IMG/VR virus record: IMGVR_UViG_3300040985_001796
Coordinates: 1-24,507 of that record
DNA length: 24,507 bases
Source: a virus
Taxonomy: Duplodnaviria > Caudoviricetes
Strand: one strand, 5' to 3'
Numbering within the stretch: position 1 is the first letter of the stretch; each line of letters opens with the position of its first letter. Position numbers and translations under genes: made by a program. This document shows positions 15,024 to 23,301 of the stretch, piece after piece. The notes beneath the pieces are model-generated. The model was not told the origin of the DNA. It did not search any database and saw only the letters and a program-made list of their open reading frames with translations.

Positions 15024-15631
15024 GTATAGCGCTCCGCATGTCTTAATAGCCCTGCTTTTATGTGGGGTCGTTGATCTTGAGCGCATTCTATAATGTATGC
15101 TTTTTTTTCTGCATTGTATGCCTGCTCAGCCGCTTCAACGGTAGTGAAGAGACCTATAAACGTTTTTTTACCGTGAATTCTTATCTGAGCCCGGTACTTA
15201 CTTGCCTTCTTATCCCAGCAAACGCCTGGGGGGGACTCACCCCGCGCAGCGGCATGATCATTAAGAAGGCCGTTTATTTGTCGAGTAACAAAGCAACAGG
15301 TCTCAGGTGAGTAAATTCTATTACCAATTAACAGAATATCCTTATCCAGCTCAAGACCAAGACCGTTTTGAGACCGCATCCAGTCTTTAAAGGTGCTAAA
15401 TAAATGCCACTCTTCTGCAACAGAGCAATCAGCATAAGTGGGTTGTTGTTTATGGAGCTTAGGGCAATACCCGCGTTCAAGCATGCCTTTCCATTTGGTA
15501 TAGAAAGGGCACATGTATCGCTTACCATTTCTTTCTATCTTGGTAAGGTAATCAGCATCATTAGTACCAATGCCGTAAACAGGCTTTCTCTGTGCAATGC
15601 TTCGAGGAGAAGCTGGTATTTCTGTAAACAT
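15020..15631 (-). CDS. Putative homing endonuclease (HNH-like 'LDKD...YSP..C' type) with C-terminal AP2 domain
   Basis: Y..W.GMLER.Y...Y.DCSV.EEW..F..F..W...LDKDIL..GN.IYSPETCCFV; GV.W.K...KY.AQI...GK...IG.F.T.E.A..AY. Confidence 0.75.
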   Translation of the reverse strand: MFTEIPASPRSIAQRKPVYGIGTNDADYLTKIERNGKRYMCPFYTKWKGMLERGYCPKLHKQQPTYADCSVAEEWHLFSTFKDWMRSQNGLGLELDKDILLIGNRIYSPETCCFVTRQINGLLNDHAAARGESPPGVCWDKKASKYRAQIRIHGKKTFIGLFTTVEAAEQAYNAEKKAYIIECAQDQRPHIKAGLLRHAERYT

Positions 15632-15813
15632 TATTTATCTCCTGTACTTAATATCCAATCAGCCAATAAATCAGCAAACGATTCTCCGGCCGTGCAGAGC
15701 GTTAGAGCAACGATAATAAAAAAGGCTGCCTTACCCCTAGCTAAACGCTTAAAAACGCGTGAGGTGATGCTTAAGCGGTCAGAATAGCGTGGTCTATAGT
15801 CGTGTAATATCAT
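15631..15813 (-). CDS. Hypothetical small membrane protein
   Basis: GAGGA RBS, one hydrophobic segment, stop overlaps the next start. Confidence 0.55.
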   Translation of the reverse strand: MILHDYRPRYSDRLSITSRVFKRLARGKAAFFIIVALTLCTAGESFADLLADWILSTGDK

Positions 15814-15858
15814 TTTATTTTCCTCAAAATTATTTTAATTAGTATTTGTCTCTTTTGA

Positions 15859-16128
15859 TCACCAGGTATAACTATTTCCATACTGATTATTCCTGATATT
15901 TCTTTGTGTATTCCCCCAGCTTTGTTGCCTCCGTTGTCTATTTAGCTCAATATCCCTAGATATCTGACGCTGGCGTTGATCTTCTGCCTGCATTCTTCTA
16001 TCGTGATTCGCCTGTTTCATCTCTCTTACCATTTGCCTCTGATAATATGAATTAGCATTCTCATATGCTTGTGCTGCTGGTGATGAGATCATTGCTACTA
16101 CGATGCCGGCTTTGATTAGATTTTTCAT
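15859..16128 (-). CDS. Hypothetical exported protein, Q/R/N-rich
   Basis: GAGGA RBS; signal peptide MKNLIKAGIVVAMISSPAAQA-Y. Confidence 0.65.
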   Translation of the reverse strand: MKNLIKAGIVVAMISSPAAQAYENANSYYQRQMVREMKQANHDRRMQAEDQRQRQISRDIELNRQRRQQSWGNTQRNIRNNQYGNSYTW

Positions 16129-16196
16129 TCTGTTTCCTCTGGTTAACCCCGGTAGCGAAATGCCACCGGGGAAAAACTTTCTCTTGGTACAGTTTC

Positions 16197-16225
16197 AGTT
16201 TCTCATATGTAACTGGTATAGTCAA
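16197..16225 (-). promoter_or_regulatory. Possible sigma70 promoter for the small leftward genes
   Basis: TTGACT, 17 bp, GAAACT with TGn; the -10 is weak. Followed by a 10-bp leader hairpin at 16147-16171. Confidence 0.35.
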
Positions 16226-16435
16226 CAATTATTTATAAATAAGTTAATACTTCGCCATCACCGGGGGTATTTTTGCGTTATTAAAATTAGGTGCCAGGTG
16301 CCCGAGTAAAAACGTAACCCTGCTCTCAGCTGTCACCAGCACACCACCACCGGGCTACTCTCTCCCCTATATACTATACTATACTACTATACTAAATAAC
16401 TATGGCACCTGGGAACCAGCTAAATGGATTATATA

Positions 16436-16448
16436 AATCAATGACTTA
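16436..16448 (+). promoter_or_regulatory. IHF-binding consensus
   Basis: AATCAATGACTTA matches WATCAANNNNTTR, with an AT-rich 5' flank. Confidence 0.55.
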
Positions 16449-16728
16449 CGAAAAAAGAGAGAGACGCTCTTTTTTAGCACTTTACTTGGCAACCGGTGTT
16501 TTTGGGCACTATTTCGTGTTTTTTAATTCCCACAAAGAAATTGGGTCTTTTATTTACTGCTGGGTGCATGTTAAAAATTCTAAAAAGTGCATACTTTAAT
16601 ACGCTTTTTTTCAGTGTTTTTTGACCCCTTTCGAGCCAATAATAGTAATTCCCCCGGTTGGTGCTGGCCTGATTTCCACTTGGTTTTTCAGGAAATAGGT
16701 GCAAAACTTTTTCTTTTTCCTGCGGTCC

Positions 16729-16750
16729 GACCTGAAAATTTTTTCAGGTC
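16729..16750. repeat. Perfect inverted repeat
   Basis: GACCTGAAAA-TT-TTTTCAGGTC, 12 nt past the primase stop. Confidence 0.85.
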
Positions 16751-16762
16751 AGAACTCAAAAA

Positions 16763-19084
16763 TTACCTCCCTTTTTGATCCCATTCAAGCCAATATTCGT
16801 ATTGTTCTCGGGCTGTGGTTAGTGTTTCGGCTACTTCATTTTTGACAAAATACCTCGGGCTACGCATATTTTTCCCTTCTATCTTCTTAGCTCCCCTAAT
16901 TTGAGTAAATCCGTTGCTCTCTATCGCCTCAACCAAGCTACTAGCGATACATCTAACACCCGCATCAGCGACTACTTTCCGAGCATTACTAAATACGAAT
17001 AATCGATCTGAAAACAAACCCACACCGGAATGTACTAATTCCTCTATTACTATTTCATAATCGTGCTTACTAGAGTCTTGCAATTCCAACATTGCTTCGG
17101 TATGCGCGGGTAATTCCAGCGGGTTATAGGCACTTAAATCGATATTGAGTAAGTAGTGAAGAACGTGCCCAGAGCCTCCATTTCTAATCCAGCGATCGAT
17201 TTCTTTATAATACCCGGCATCTTTCTTGGGCATAAAAGAATCAATCACGTAATATCTGCGATCATCTTTCTCTAATGCCAGAGGTTGCTTTTTGTTGCTC
17301 ATCATATAGAAAGTGCAACAATCCACCTGCGTAATTACTGATTTTCCTTTGATATTGAGTGTCCTATGCCCGGTAGCGGTTGGTGCAATAGCGGTTTTAA
17401 GCGCGTTATTAACAGCTCTAGACTGCCCTTTATCGACTTCCTCTATGACCATGAATTTCTTTTGTAATAAGAAATCGCCCCACCCGTTTGTGATGTCGTC
17501 TATTTTGACTGAGCCCGAAGATTCAGTACCTAGCGCTCTCATCAGAGGGACGAGCATTAAATCCTTGCCGACTCCCTGTCCGCCACGATGTATGACACAA
17601 TACCCAGGCTTTGTGGCCGGCTCTTGTAAGATAAACGCCAAATATTGAATGATATTTTTCCTCTGGTCTTCGTCAGGGATTAAGAACTTAACTAAATCTA
17701 GCCATAGCTTGCAGTCCCCCTCGATCGAATCAATACGCAGCCCTTTCCAAGTGTTAACTAAACGCTTTCCCCCGAAAGACATCACCATAGCGTCTCTGTC
17801 TGGTTGCTGATTAGTGAACGGTGACCACCCTATTCCGTCAGCCAGGCTCATCTCGTCATCCCGATTTTTATGAAGATACGCTGAGGCCTTGTCCTTACCG
17901 CGGCCGCCAGGACAAGCTCTCAAGTATTTATTATCGATTGATTCATTTGATAATAACTCCCCTGAGACACAGTCATAGAACTTGTTGCTAGTACTCAGGT
18001 AGATATATCGAAACATATTAGGGTGATTAGGATTAAGCCCATCCGGATCGTTAACGTACAGAGACATTTCATTACCGTTTTTTTTAACCTCGGCTAATTT
18101 CATTCGCCCTGTTTCGGCAAGAATATTTCGATTAATAACACCCATGTCAACAATATACTTATCAATTGTTTCTGTTAGCTCTAACATTTTTACTATTTTC
18201 GGACCGGTTAAATGTTCGCAGTTTCCGTGAAAGCACTGGAATCTGACACCGCCATCGTTAGCAATTAAAATTCCAGCGCCTGTTTTATCCGCCCCCGTAT
18301 GATTTTCCGCATTAGGACAATTAATTAATGTCCAGTCACCATTAACCCCGGTGACATCAACCTTTTTCCAGATCGGGTGCTGAGCGCGAAGAGGACTGGA
18401 TAACGCTAAAGCAGAGCTTGAAGATTCCCTTCGCGGAGTTTCAAGATCGATATCGAAGACACCCGCGAGAGCCTCTATGGAATGATGAAGCTCCGGATTC
18501 CATTCGCTTAGATAGCAGTCAAACGGTTTGCCATTAACATAACGTTTAGCCTTGGTATTATGCCCCTCAGGTAGCCTTACATAACGGGTTGTTCCACGCA
18601 TCCCAGGGTCCACACCGCTTGGAGCTACTCCTTTTGCAACCAGACCATCAAGCAAATTGTCAACGCGAGCCATATCCTCTTCGGGTGTATCCAGTATCCA
18701 CCCCCATTGCTGAGACCCAGCCGATGTATACATTTTATACGAGGGCACAGGTAGAAGATTAACGAGGTCTAACGGGAGCTTTTCCTGCACATCATCTGCG
18801 ACAATAACGAACGTAGCATCAAATAGATTTTTTCTACGCCTACTAACACCATCAGAATCCAACTTAAAAAGAGAAATAGTGAAATACTGATTGCTCTCAG
18901 CAACAAAACGATTAATTTTGCTAATTGCTGGACCACCCGCCCAACACCGAGCCCTTTCATCATTGGGGATATCGCTGGGGTCTTGCGTAAATGCTGTAAC
19001 ATGAACTTTCTCCCATTCAGAACCAAAAAGCGCCTGCAAAAATTCCTTGTTGGAAATAATTATTTTCTCCTCCTCGTTTTTCAT
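16763..19084 (-). CDS. DNA primase-helicase (RepB-type AEP primase, Zn-finger-like linker, SF3/DUF5906 helicase)
   Basis: VADDV...TSAGSQQWGW...YVRLPEGHNTK; CP...H...FQCFHGNC; Walker A GGQGVGKD, Walker B VIEE, SN...L...DRRY. Confidence 0.85.
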   Translation of the reverse strand: MKNEEEKIIISNKEFLQALFGSEWEKVHVTAFTQDPSDIPNDERARCWAGGPAISKINRFVAESNQYFTISLFKLDSDGVSRRRKNLFDATFVIVADDVQEKLPLDLVNLLPVPSYKMYTSAGSQQWGWILDTPEEDMARVDNLLDGLVAKGVAPSGVDPGMRGTTRYVRLPEGHNTKAKRYVNGKPFDCYLSEWNPELHHSIEALAGVFDIDLETPRRESSSSALALSSPLRAQHPIWKKVDVTGVNGDWTLINCPNAENHTGADKTGAGILIANDGGVRFQCFHGNCEHLTGPKIVKMLELTETIDKYIVDMGVINRNILAETGRMKLAEVKKNGNEMSLYVNDPDGLNPNHPNMFRYIYLSTSNKFYDCVSGELLSNESIDNKYLRACPGGRGKDKASAYLHKNRDDEMSLADGIGWSPFTNQQPDRDAMVMSFGGKRLVNTWKGLRIDSIEGDCKLWLDLVKFLIPDEDQRKNIIQYLAFILQEPATKPGYCVIHRGGQGVGKDLMLVPLMRALGTESSGSVKIDDITNGWGDFLLQKKFMVIEEVDKGQSRAVNNALKTAIAPTATGHRTLNIKGKSVITQVDCCTFYMMSNKKQPLALEKDDRRYYVIDSFMPKKDAGYYKEIDRWIRNGGSGHVLHYLLNIDLSAYNPLELPAHTEAMLELQDSSKHDYEIVIEELVHSGVGLFSDRLFVFSNARKVVADAGVRCIASSLVEAIESNGFTQIRGAKKIEGKNMRSPRYFVKNEVAETLTTAREQYEYWLEWDQKGR

Positions 19085-19086
19085 AA

Positions 19087-19263
19087 TTACTCCTCATCAT
19101 TTTCCGATTCCGCTTGAGCTAATCCAACTTTTATTAATTGGCATAATATCTCATTCGCAGTCAGAGCATTTTCCTTTGCTAACTCCGATACTCGATCTAA
19201 AACGGCAGCTTCTATGTAAATACCAGTAGACCTACGCGCGATTTTATACGTTTTAAATTTCAT
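19087..19263 (-). CDS. Ribbon-helix-helix (Arc/CopG-like) DNA-binding protein (58 aa)
   Basis: Not in the ORF track. MKFKTYKIARRSTGIYIEAAVLDRVSELAKENALTANEILCQLIKVGL...: alternating beta strand then two helices; ends 2 nt before the primase ATG. Confidence 0.65.
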   Translation of the reverse strand: MKFKTYKIARRSTGIYIEAAVLDRVSELAKENALTANEILCQLIKVGLAQAESENDEE

Positions 19264-19308
19264 TTTTGTAGTACTCTTATTTGTTTTAGGAAAATACAGG
19301 ATATCACA

Positions 19309-19587
19309 ATGAGCGAAAAAAACCTACAGAAAAGAATTCTTGCATTATGTGCAGAAAAGGGTATATTAGCTATTAAGGTTGATTCTAGTTCTTGCAGGGG
19401 CTGGCCAGATATAACAGCAATTCTGCCTGATGGCCAGGTACTTTTTGTTGAATTAAAGACAGAGGCTGGTGTTATTAGTGCGTTACAGTCACGAATGCAT
19501 CGGAATATTAAAAAAAATAATGGGGAAATATATGTTATTAGAAATTACACCGAGTTCGAGAGACTTATCACAAGATTTACTGAATGA
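19309..19587 (+). CDS. VRR-NUC domain nuclease
   Basis: MSEKNLQ...GWPD...FVELK...G..S.LQ; AGGA RBS. Confidence 0.85.
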   Translation: MSEKNLQKRILALCAEKGILAIKVDSSSCRGWPDITAILPDGQVLFVELKTEAGVISALQSRMHRNIKKNNGEIYVIRNYTEFERLITRFTE

Positions 19588-20104
19588 ATTTTTTCATTTT
19601 CACGCTGAAACAGGATGTTTATATTATAAAGAGCGCGATAGAAAACATTTCAACACTTCGCACGGATATAAGAAGTTTAATTCTAGATATGCCGGAAGAT
19701 TAGCGGGTTCAACTAGTGTAGCGGGTTATAGAACGGTAAAGATATTCGGTAAAGACTATAAAGTGCATAGGATTGTATGGATTTTAAATTTTGGCGGGGT
19801 TATTCCTCATTCTATCGATCATAAAAATGGAATCCGAAACGATAACCGTCTGGAAAATTTACGTCTGGCAACTCAAAGAGAGCAGAGGCGGAACACGGCC
19901 TTAAGCTCCCGCAGCACCTCAGGCGAAAATGGCGTATGCTGGCAAAAACGCGATAAAAGATGGTATGCGTATATACAAATCAACGGTAAACGTAAAAACC
20001 TCGGTTATTTTGTGAATAAAGAGGATGCGATAGCCGCTAGAAAGGCCGCGAATAAAAAATATGGATATCATGAAAATCACGGCCGTGAGAATATCTATGC
20101 ATAA
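19532..20104 (+). CDS. HNH homing endonuclease with AP2 domain (start approximate)
   Basis: HRIVW...IDHKNGIRNDNRLENLR; SG..GV.W.K...W.AYI..NGK...LG.F...DA..AR. Confidence 0.85.
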   Translation: MLLEITPSSRDLSQDLLNEFFHFHAETGCLYYKERDRKHFNTSHGYKKFNSRYAGRLAGSTSVAGYRTVKIFGKDYKVHRIVWILNFGGVIPHSIDHKNGIRNDNRLENLRLATQREQRRNTALSSRSTSGENGVCWQKRDKRWYAYIQINGKRKNLGYFVNKEDAIAARKAANKKYGYHENHGRENIYA

Positions 20105-21404
20105 TAAATCAGACTTGACGAGGGAACAGAGCAAAGCTATTTACTTCATGACGAATAACCCGCACGGTATCGTAATTGCAGATACGGGAATAGGGAAGAC
20201 CATAATTTCACTTTCTGCGATTGCTAAGACCGGTGGCAAATACATCGTAGTCGCTCCGCCAAAAGTGTTATCTAATTGGCCTGTCGAGGCAAAGAAGTGG
20301 GAGCATACTCGACATTTAAAGCTTACATTACTGACGGGTACGCCAGAGGAGAGATCAGAAAAACTAAAAGCCTCGGCAGATATTTTGTTGATTTCTCTAA
20401 ATCTGCTTGAATGGTTGCTCGACAAGGAGCACGGATGTACCGGTATCATTATCGATGAAATCTCAAAAGCCTCGGGAAAGCAAGCTGCGAAGTTAAGAAA
20501 TCGCGCTAACGATAAAATATCGAGGCGTTTTGGTTTGACCGCCACACCTGTGAGTGAGGATTTTATAAAGCTTTTTCCAATGCTAAGAATTATTGATTCA
20601 GGACTAGCGCTTGGCAAGAATAAACAAAATTATTTGCTCAAATATTTCTATCCGACAGATTTCAAACAATACAACTGGCAATTATCGCCTGGTTCTGACG
20701 CGCTGATCTTGGATAAAATACGGCACTTAATCTGTGATGTGGTTGTGTCTAAAAAGGATACACTACCGGCTATTGAGCATAAAGAAATTATTTTTGCTAT
20801 GCCTGAAAATACTCGGGCTATTTATAAGAAAATGAAAAAAGATTTGTTGATAGAAAGCGACTCTTCTGATGCTGTAGCTGTAAATATGGCTGTGCTATCG
20901 GGCAAGCTGCGTCAGATAGCTAGCGGTTTCGTTATTACAGAAGACGAAGAAACACTTGAATTTGATACCGCTCGCGCAGCTGCTTTATTGCATAATCTTC
21001 CTGAGTCAGCACTAATAATTTATGAGTACAACAACCAAAGAAGCCATATAGAAAAAGCTCTGGCAGGGAAAAAATTCCTCTCAGTATTTGGCGGCAGTGA
21101 TTCGGCTACTGCGATATCAGCTTTTAAATCAGGGAATATAGATTATCTAGTAGCTCAAAAATCTACGATCTCGCACGGCATAGACGGTCTTCAATTCGCC
21201 ACAAATAATATAATTTTCTATCATCCTCTATGGAGCAATGATTCTTACTTACAAGCGATTGGGAGGATTTGGCGACAAGGGCAGAAGTACCCCGTGACAT
21301 CGACAACAATTATTTGCGAACACACTATTGACGAAATAGTGGCAGATAGACTCATATCAAAGTCTGATAACATGACTAAATTTATAAAACACTTACGAGG
21401 ATAA
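20097..21404 (+). CDS. SNF2-like SF2 helicase (probable start ATG 20097)
   Basis: DTGIGKT, VVAP, IIIDEIS, GLTATP, HGIDGLQ, QAIGRIWRQGQ. Confidence 0.9.
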   Translation: MHNKSDLTREQSKAIYFMTNNPHGIVIADTGIGKTIISLSAIAKTGGKYIVVAPPKVLSNWPVEAKKWEHTRHLKLTLLTGTPEERSEKLKASADILLISLNLLEWLLDKEHGCTGIIIDEISKASGKQAAKLRNRANDKISRRFGLTATPVSEDFIKLFPMLRIIDSGLALGKNKQNYLLKYFYPTDFKQYNWQLSPGSDALILDKIRHLICDVVVSKKDTLPAIEHKEIIFAMPENTRAIYKKMKKDLLIESDSSDAVAVNMAVLSGKLRQIASGFVITEDEETLEFDTARAAALLHNLPESALIIYEYNNQRSHIEKALAGKKFLSVFGGSDSATAISAFKSGNIDYLVAQKSTISHGIDGLQFATNNIIFYHPLWSNDSYLQAIGRIWRQGQKYPVTSTTIICEHTIDEIVADRLISKSDNMTKFIKHLRG

Positions 21405-21406
21405 AG

Positions 21407-22537
21407 ATGAGACATCTAACAATTGGCGGTAGTACAATATCAAGAACATTAGCCTGTCCTAGCTGGAGCAAAGAACTACCAGAGCTTAAAAAACCAGCAG
21501 GCTCAGCGGCTAATCTTGGAAATCTGATGCACGATGCAATGGAGAATTATTATCAAAAAGGGCAGAGCTTTAAATCTCAAATTGGTAAGCTAAAATTTGC
21601 TGATTTGGTTCTGGAACCGGAGCATTTGCCGATTTTAAAAAAGGCGCTGGCACAAACCGAGTTGATTTTGGATAAATACGATATCGCGGAATTTATTTGT
21701 GAACCTTTTGTTGAATACCTACCGGGTGAAGCAGGCGGTTCTATCGACATGATTGGCGTCAGCCTTGATGGCGAGACGGTTATACTAATAGATTATAAAT
21801 TTGGGCGTATTTCTGTTCCTGCTAAAAACAATGCGCAATTACAATTCTATGCCCTGTGCGCTAAGACAGATAAAAAAACATCGGCCATGTTCGCGGATGC
21901 TATCAACTATGTCGGTGTGATCGTCCAGCCCTACTTAAATTTTGAGCCGGACGAATTTAAATTTTATGGTGAGGAACTAGATTATTTCAATACCGAAGTT
22001 GATTTAGCTATTTCGCTAATGAAAAATCCCCGCCCTCCAACAATAGCGGGCGAGCATTGCACGTATTGCCCGAAAAATGCTATCTGTGATACTCGCAGGG
22101 ATTATGCTAAGACTGCTTATCTACTGGACAGCAAGGACCGAGATAAATTAGCTGCATCTCTACCGCTGGCGATAGAATTAAAATCTTGGTGTGACGATGT
22201 AATAGAGACCGCGCGTTTTGCTTCGGACAAGGGCATAAAAATCCCTGGTTTCAAAAGAGTTGCGGGTAAAAATTTGCGTGTTTGGGAGGATCAAACAAAA
22301 GCAGCGATTCAATTAGAATCGGACCTTGATGAGGGTGCATACATAAAAAAATTTTTATCCCCTGCTCAAGCAATAAAAGCCTTAGAACTACGGGACTTGC
22401 CAACTGATATATACGACAGCATGATCTCATTTAAGCAGTCCAAGCCTCTTGTGGTAAAGAATTCAGACAAGAGGGAGGAAATACATACAGAAATAAAGAA
22501 CGAAAACTTGCAAATATTTCTTGCAAATAAAAAATAG
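21407..22537 (+). CDS. DUF2800 / Cas4-like PD-(D/E)XK exonuclease
   Basis: H....GS...R...CP.W, G.L.H, GSID...IDYKFG...V.A..N.QL..YA, GEHC.YCP...C. Confidence 0.85.
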   Translation: MRHLTIGGSTISRTLACPSWSKELPELKKPAGSAANLGNLMHDAMENYYQKGQSFKSQIGKLKFADLVLEPEHLPILKKALAQTELILDKYDIAEFICEPFVEYLPGEAGGSIDMIGVSLDGETVILIDYKFGRISVPAKNNAQLQFYALCAKTDKKTSAMFADAINYVGVIVQPYLNFEPDEFKFYGEELDYFNTEVDLAISLMKNPRPPTIAGEHCTYCPKNAICDTRRDYAKTAYLLDSKDRDKLAASLPLAIELKSWCDDVIETARFASDKGIKIPGFKRVAGKNLRVWEDQTKAAIQLESDLDEGAYIKKFLSPAQAIKALELRDLPTDIYDSMISFKQSKPLVVKNSDKREEIHTEIKNENLQIFLANKK

Positions 22538-22549
22538 GTCTTATATAAT
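22521..22549 (+). promoter_or_regulatory. Sigma70 promoter for the SSB gene
   Basis: TTGCAA, 17 bp, TATAAT; CTTGCAAATA is duplicated at 22507 and 22520. Confidence 0.75.
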
Positions 22550-22609
22550 TAAGCCCTGTTTAAGAAAACAGACATAACAGCTAATTTTAAACTTAATAGG
22601 AATCTTAGA

Positions 22610-23230
22610 ATGACACAGACAAATATGTTCCCAGCAACAAACTCCGCATCTCTTTCCGAAATGCTGGCTGCTACCAAAGTTCAGCCTGCCGTGACATCAG
22701 TAGGGAAATCTTTTATCAAGTTCGATTTCAAAACAGGAAATTTCTTTTTCGGTCGTGATGCCGAAGAAATTACGGGTGATGAAATCATCATTAACACGTA
22801 TTCTATCCAGCACGGTTGGACATTGTGGTCAAATGGCAAAGCTATCAAAGTTTCTGCGCCATTTAACGCTGCGATGCCAGAGCAAATGGAATCAATCGGA
22901 CAGGATACACCGTCAGAAGCGCGTTGTTTTGAAGCAAGGTTGCTCGATGACGATGGTATTTTAGTATTTGACACTAATAGCTATGGTGGTAGACAAGGTG
23001 TTGATGATCTTTTAAATCAGATCACGGACCGGGCAGCGAAGGGAGAACAAGAATATCTCTTTCCTCAAGTACGTTTAGACTCTACCAGCTACACAGCTAA
23101 AACAGGTAATGTCGTCTTCAACCCTAGATTTTATATTACGGGATGGGTTAATGCGGACGGTGAAAAACAAAGTACAAGTGATGTTGCATCAGTAGAAGAT
23201 AATTCTGTTGTAAGACGCAGACGAGCATAA
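22610..23230 (+). CDS. Putative ssDNA-binding/annealing protein
   Basis: Sits between DUF2800 and PolA; FIKFDFKTG.F.FG...HGW..W...S.GG...P.V.L...SY...P.F.I.GW; has its own promoter and terminator. Confidence 0.65.
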   Translation: MTQTNMFPATNSASLSEMLAATKVQPAVTSVGKSFIKFDFKTGNFFFGRDAEEITGDEIIINTYSIQHGWTLWSNGKAIKVSAPFNAAMPEQMESIGQDTPSEARCFEARLLDDDGILVFDTNSYGGRQGVDDLLNQITDRAAKGEQEYLFPQVRLDSTSYTAKTGNVVFNPRFYITGWVNADGEKQSTSDVASVEDNSVVRRRRA

Positions 23231-23254
23231 TACCGTAAGAAGTAGAAAATAAGG

Positions 23255-23279
23255 AGCCTCGGAAACGAGGCTTTTTTTT
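23255..23279 (+). terminator. Intrinsic terminator after the SSB gene
   Basis: AGCCTCG-GAAA-CGAGGCT followed by a T tract. Confidence 0.9.
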
Positions 23280-23301
23280 CACTAAAATAAGGAGACTTAT
23301 T

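Larger units (their letters stand above)
16129..16762. other. Large non-coding region: putative replication origin plus leftward promoter
   Basis: Downstream of the primase gene; contains an IHF consensus, a (TATAC)n run, recurring CACCGGG and GGTGCC/GGCACC motifs, many A/T tracts and a 10-bp inverted repeat. Confidence 0.5.

Noticed and set aside
625-15787. + strand ORFs in the left arm (e.g. 625-807, 2067-2315, 6341-6679, 10972-11262, 14028-14468, 15404-15787)
   Set aside because: They are antisense shadows of well-supported - strand genes, with no recognisable motifs.
16147-16171. GC-rich hairpin as an intrinsic terminator
   Set aside because: No U tract follows the stem on either strand; treated as a leader hairpin.
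16103-16778. ORFs 16103-16309, 16402-16599, 16474-16704 and 16587-16778
   Set aside because: F/K-rich translations of A/T tracts, mutually overlapping, without convincing RBS; the region reads as non-coding.
21407-22537. Cas4-like gene as evidence of CRISPR-Cas
   Set aside because: DUF2800-type nucleases are standard in phage helicase-SSB-PolA modules; no array or other cas genes.
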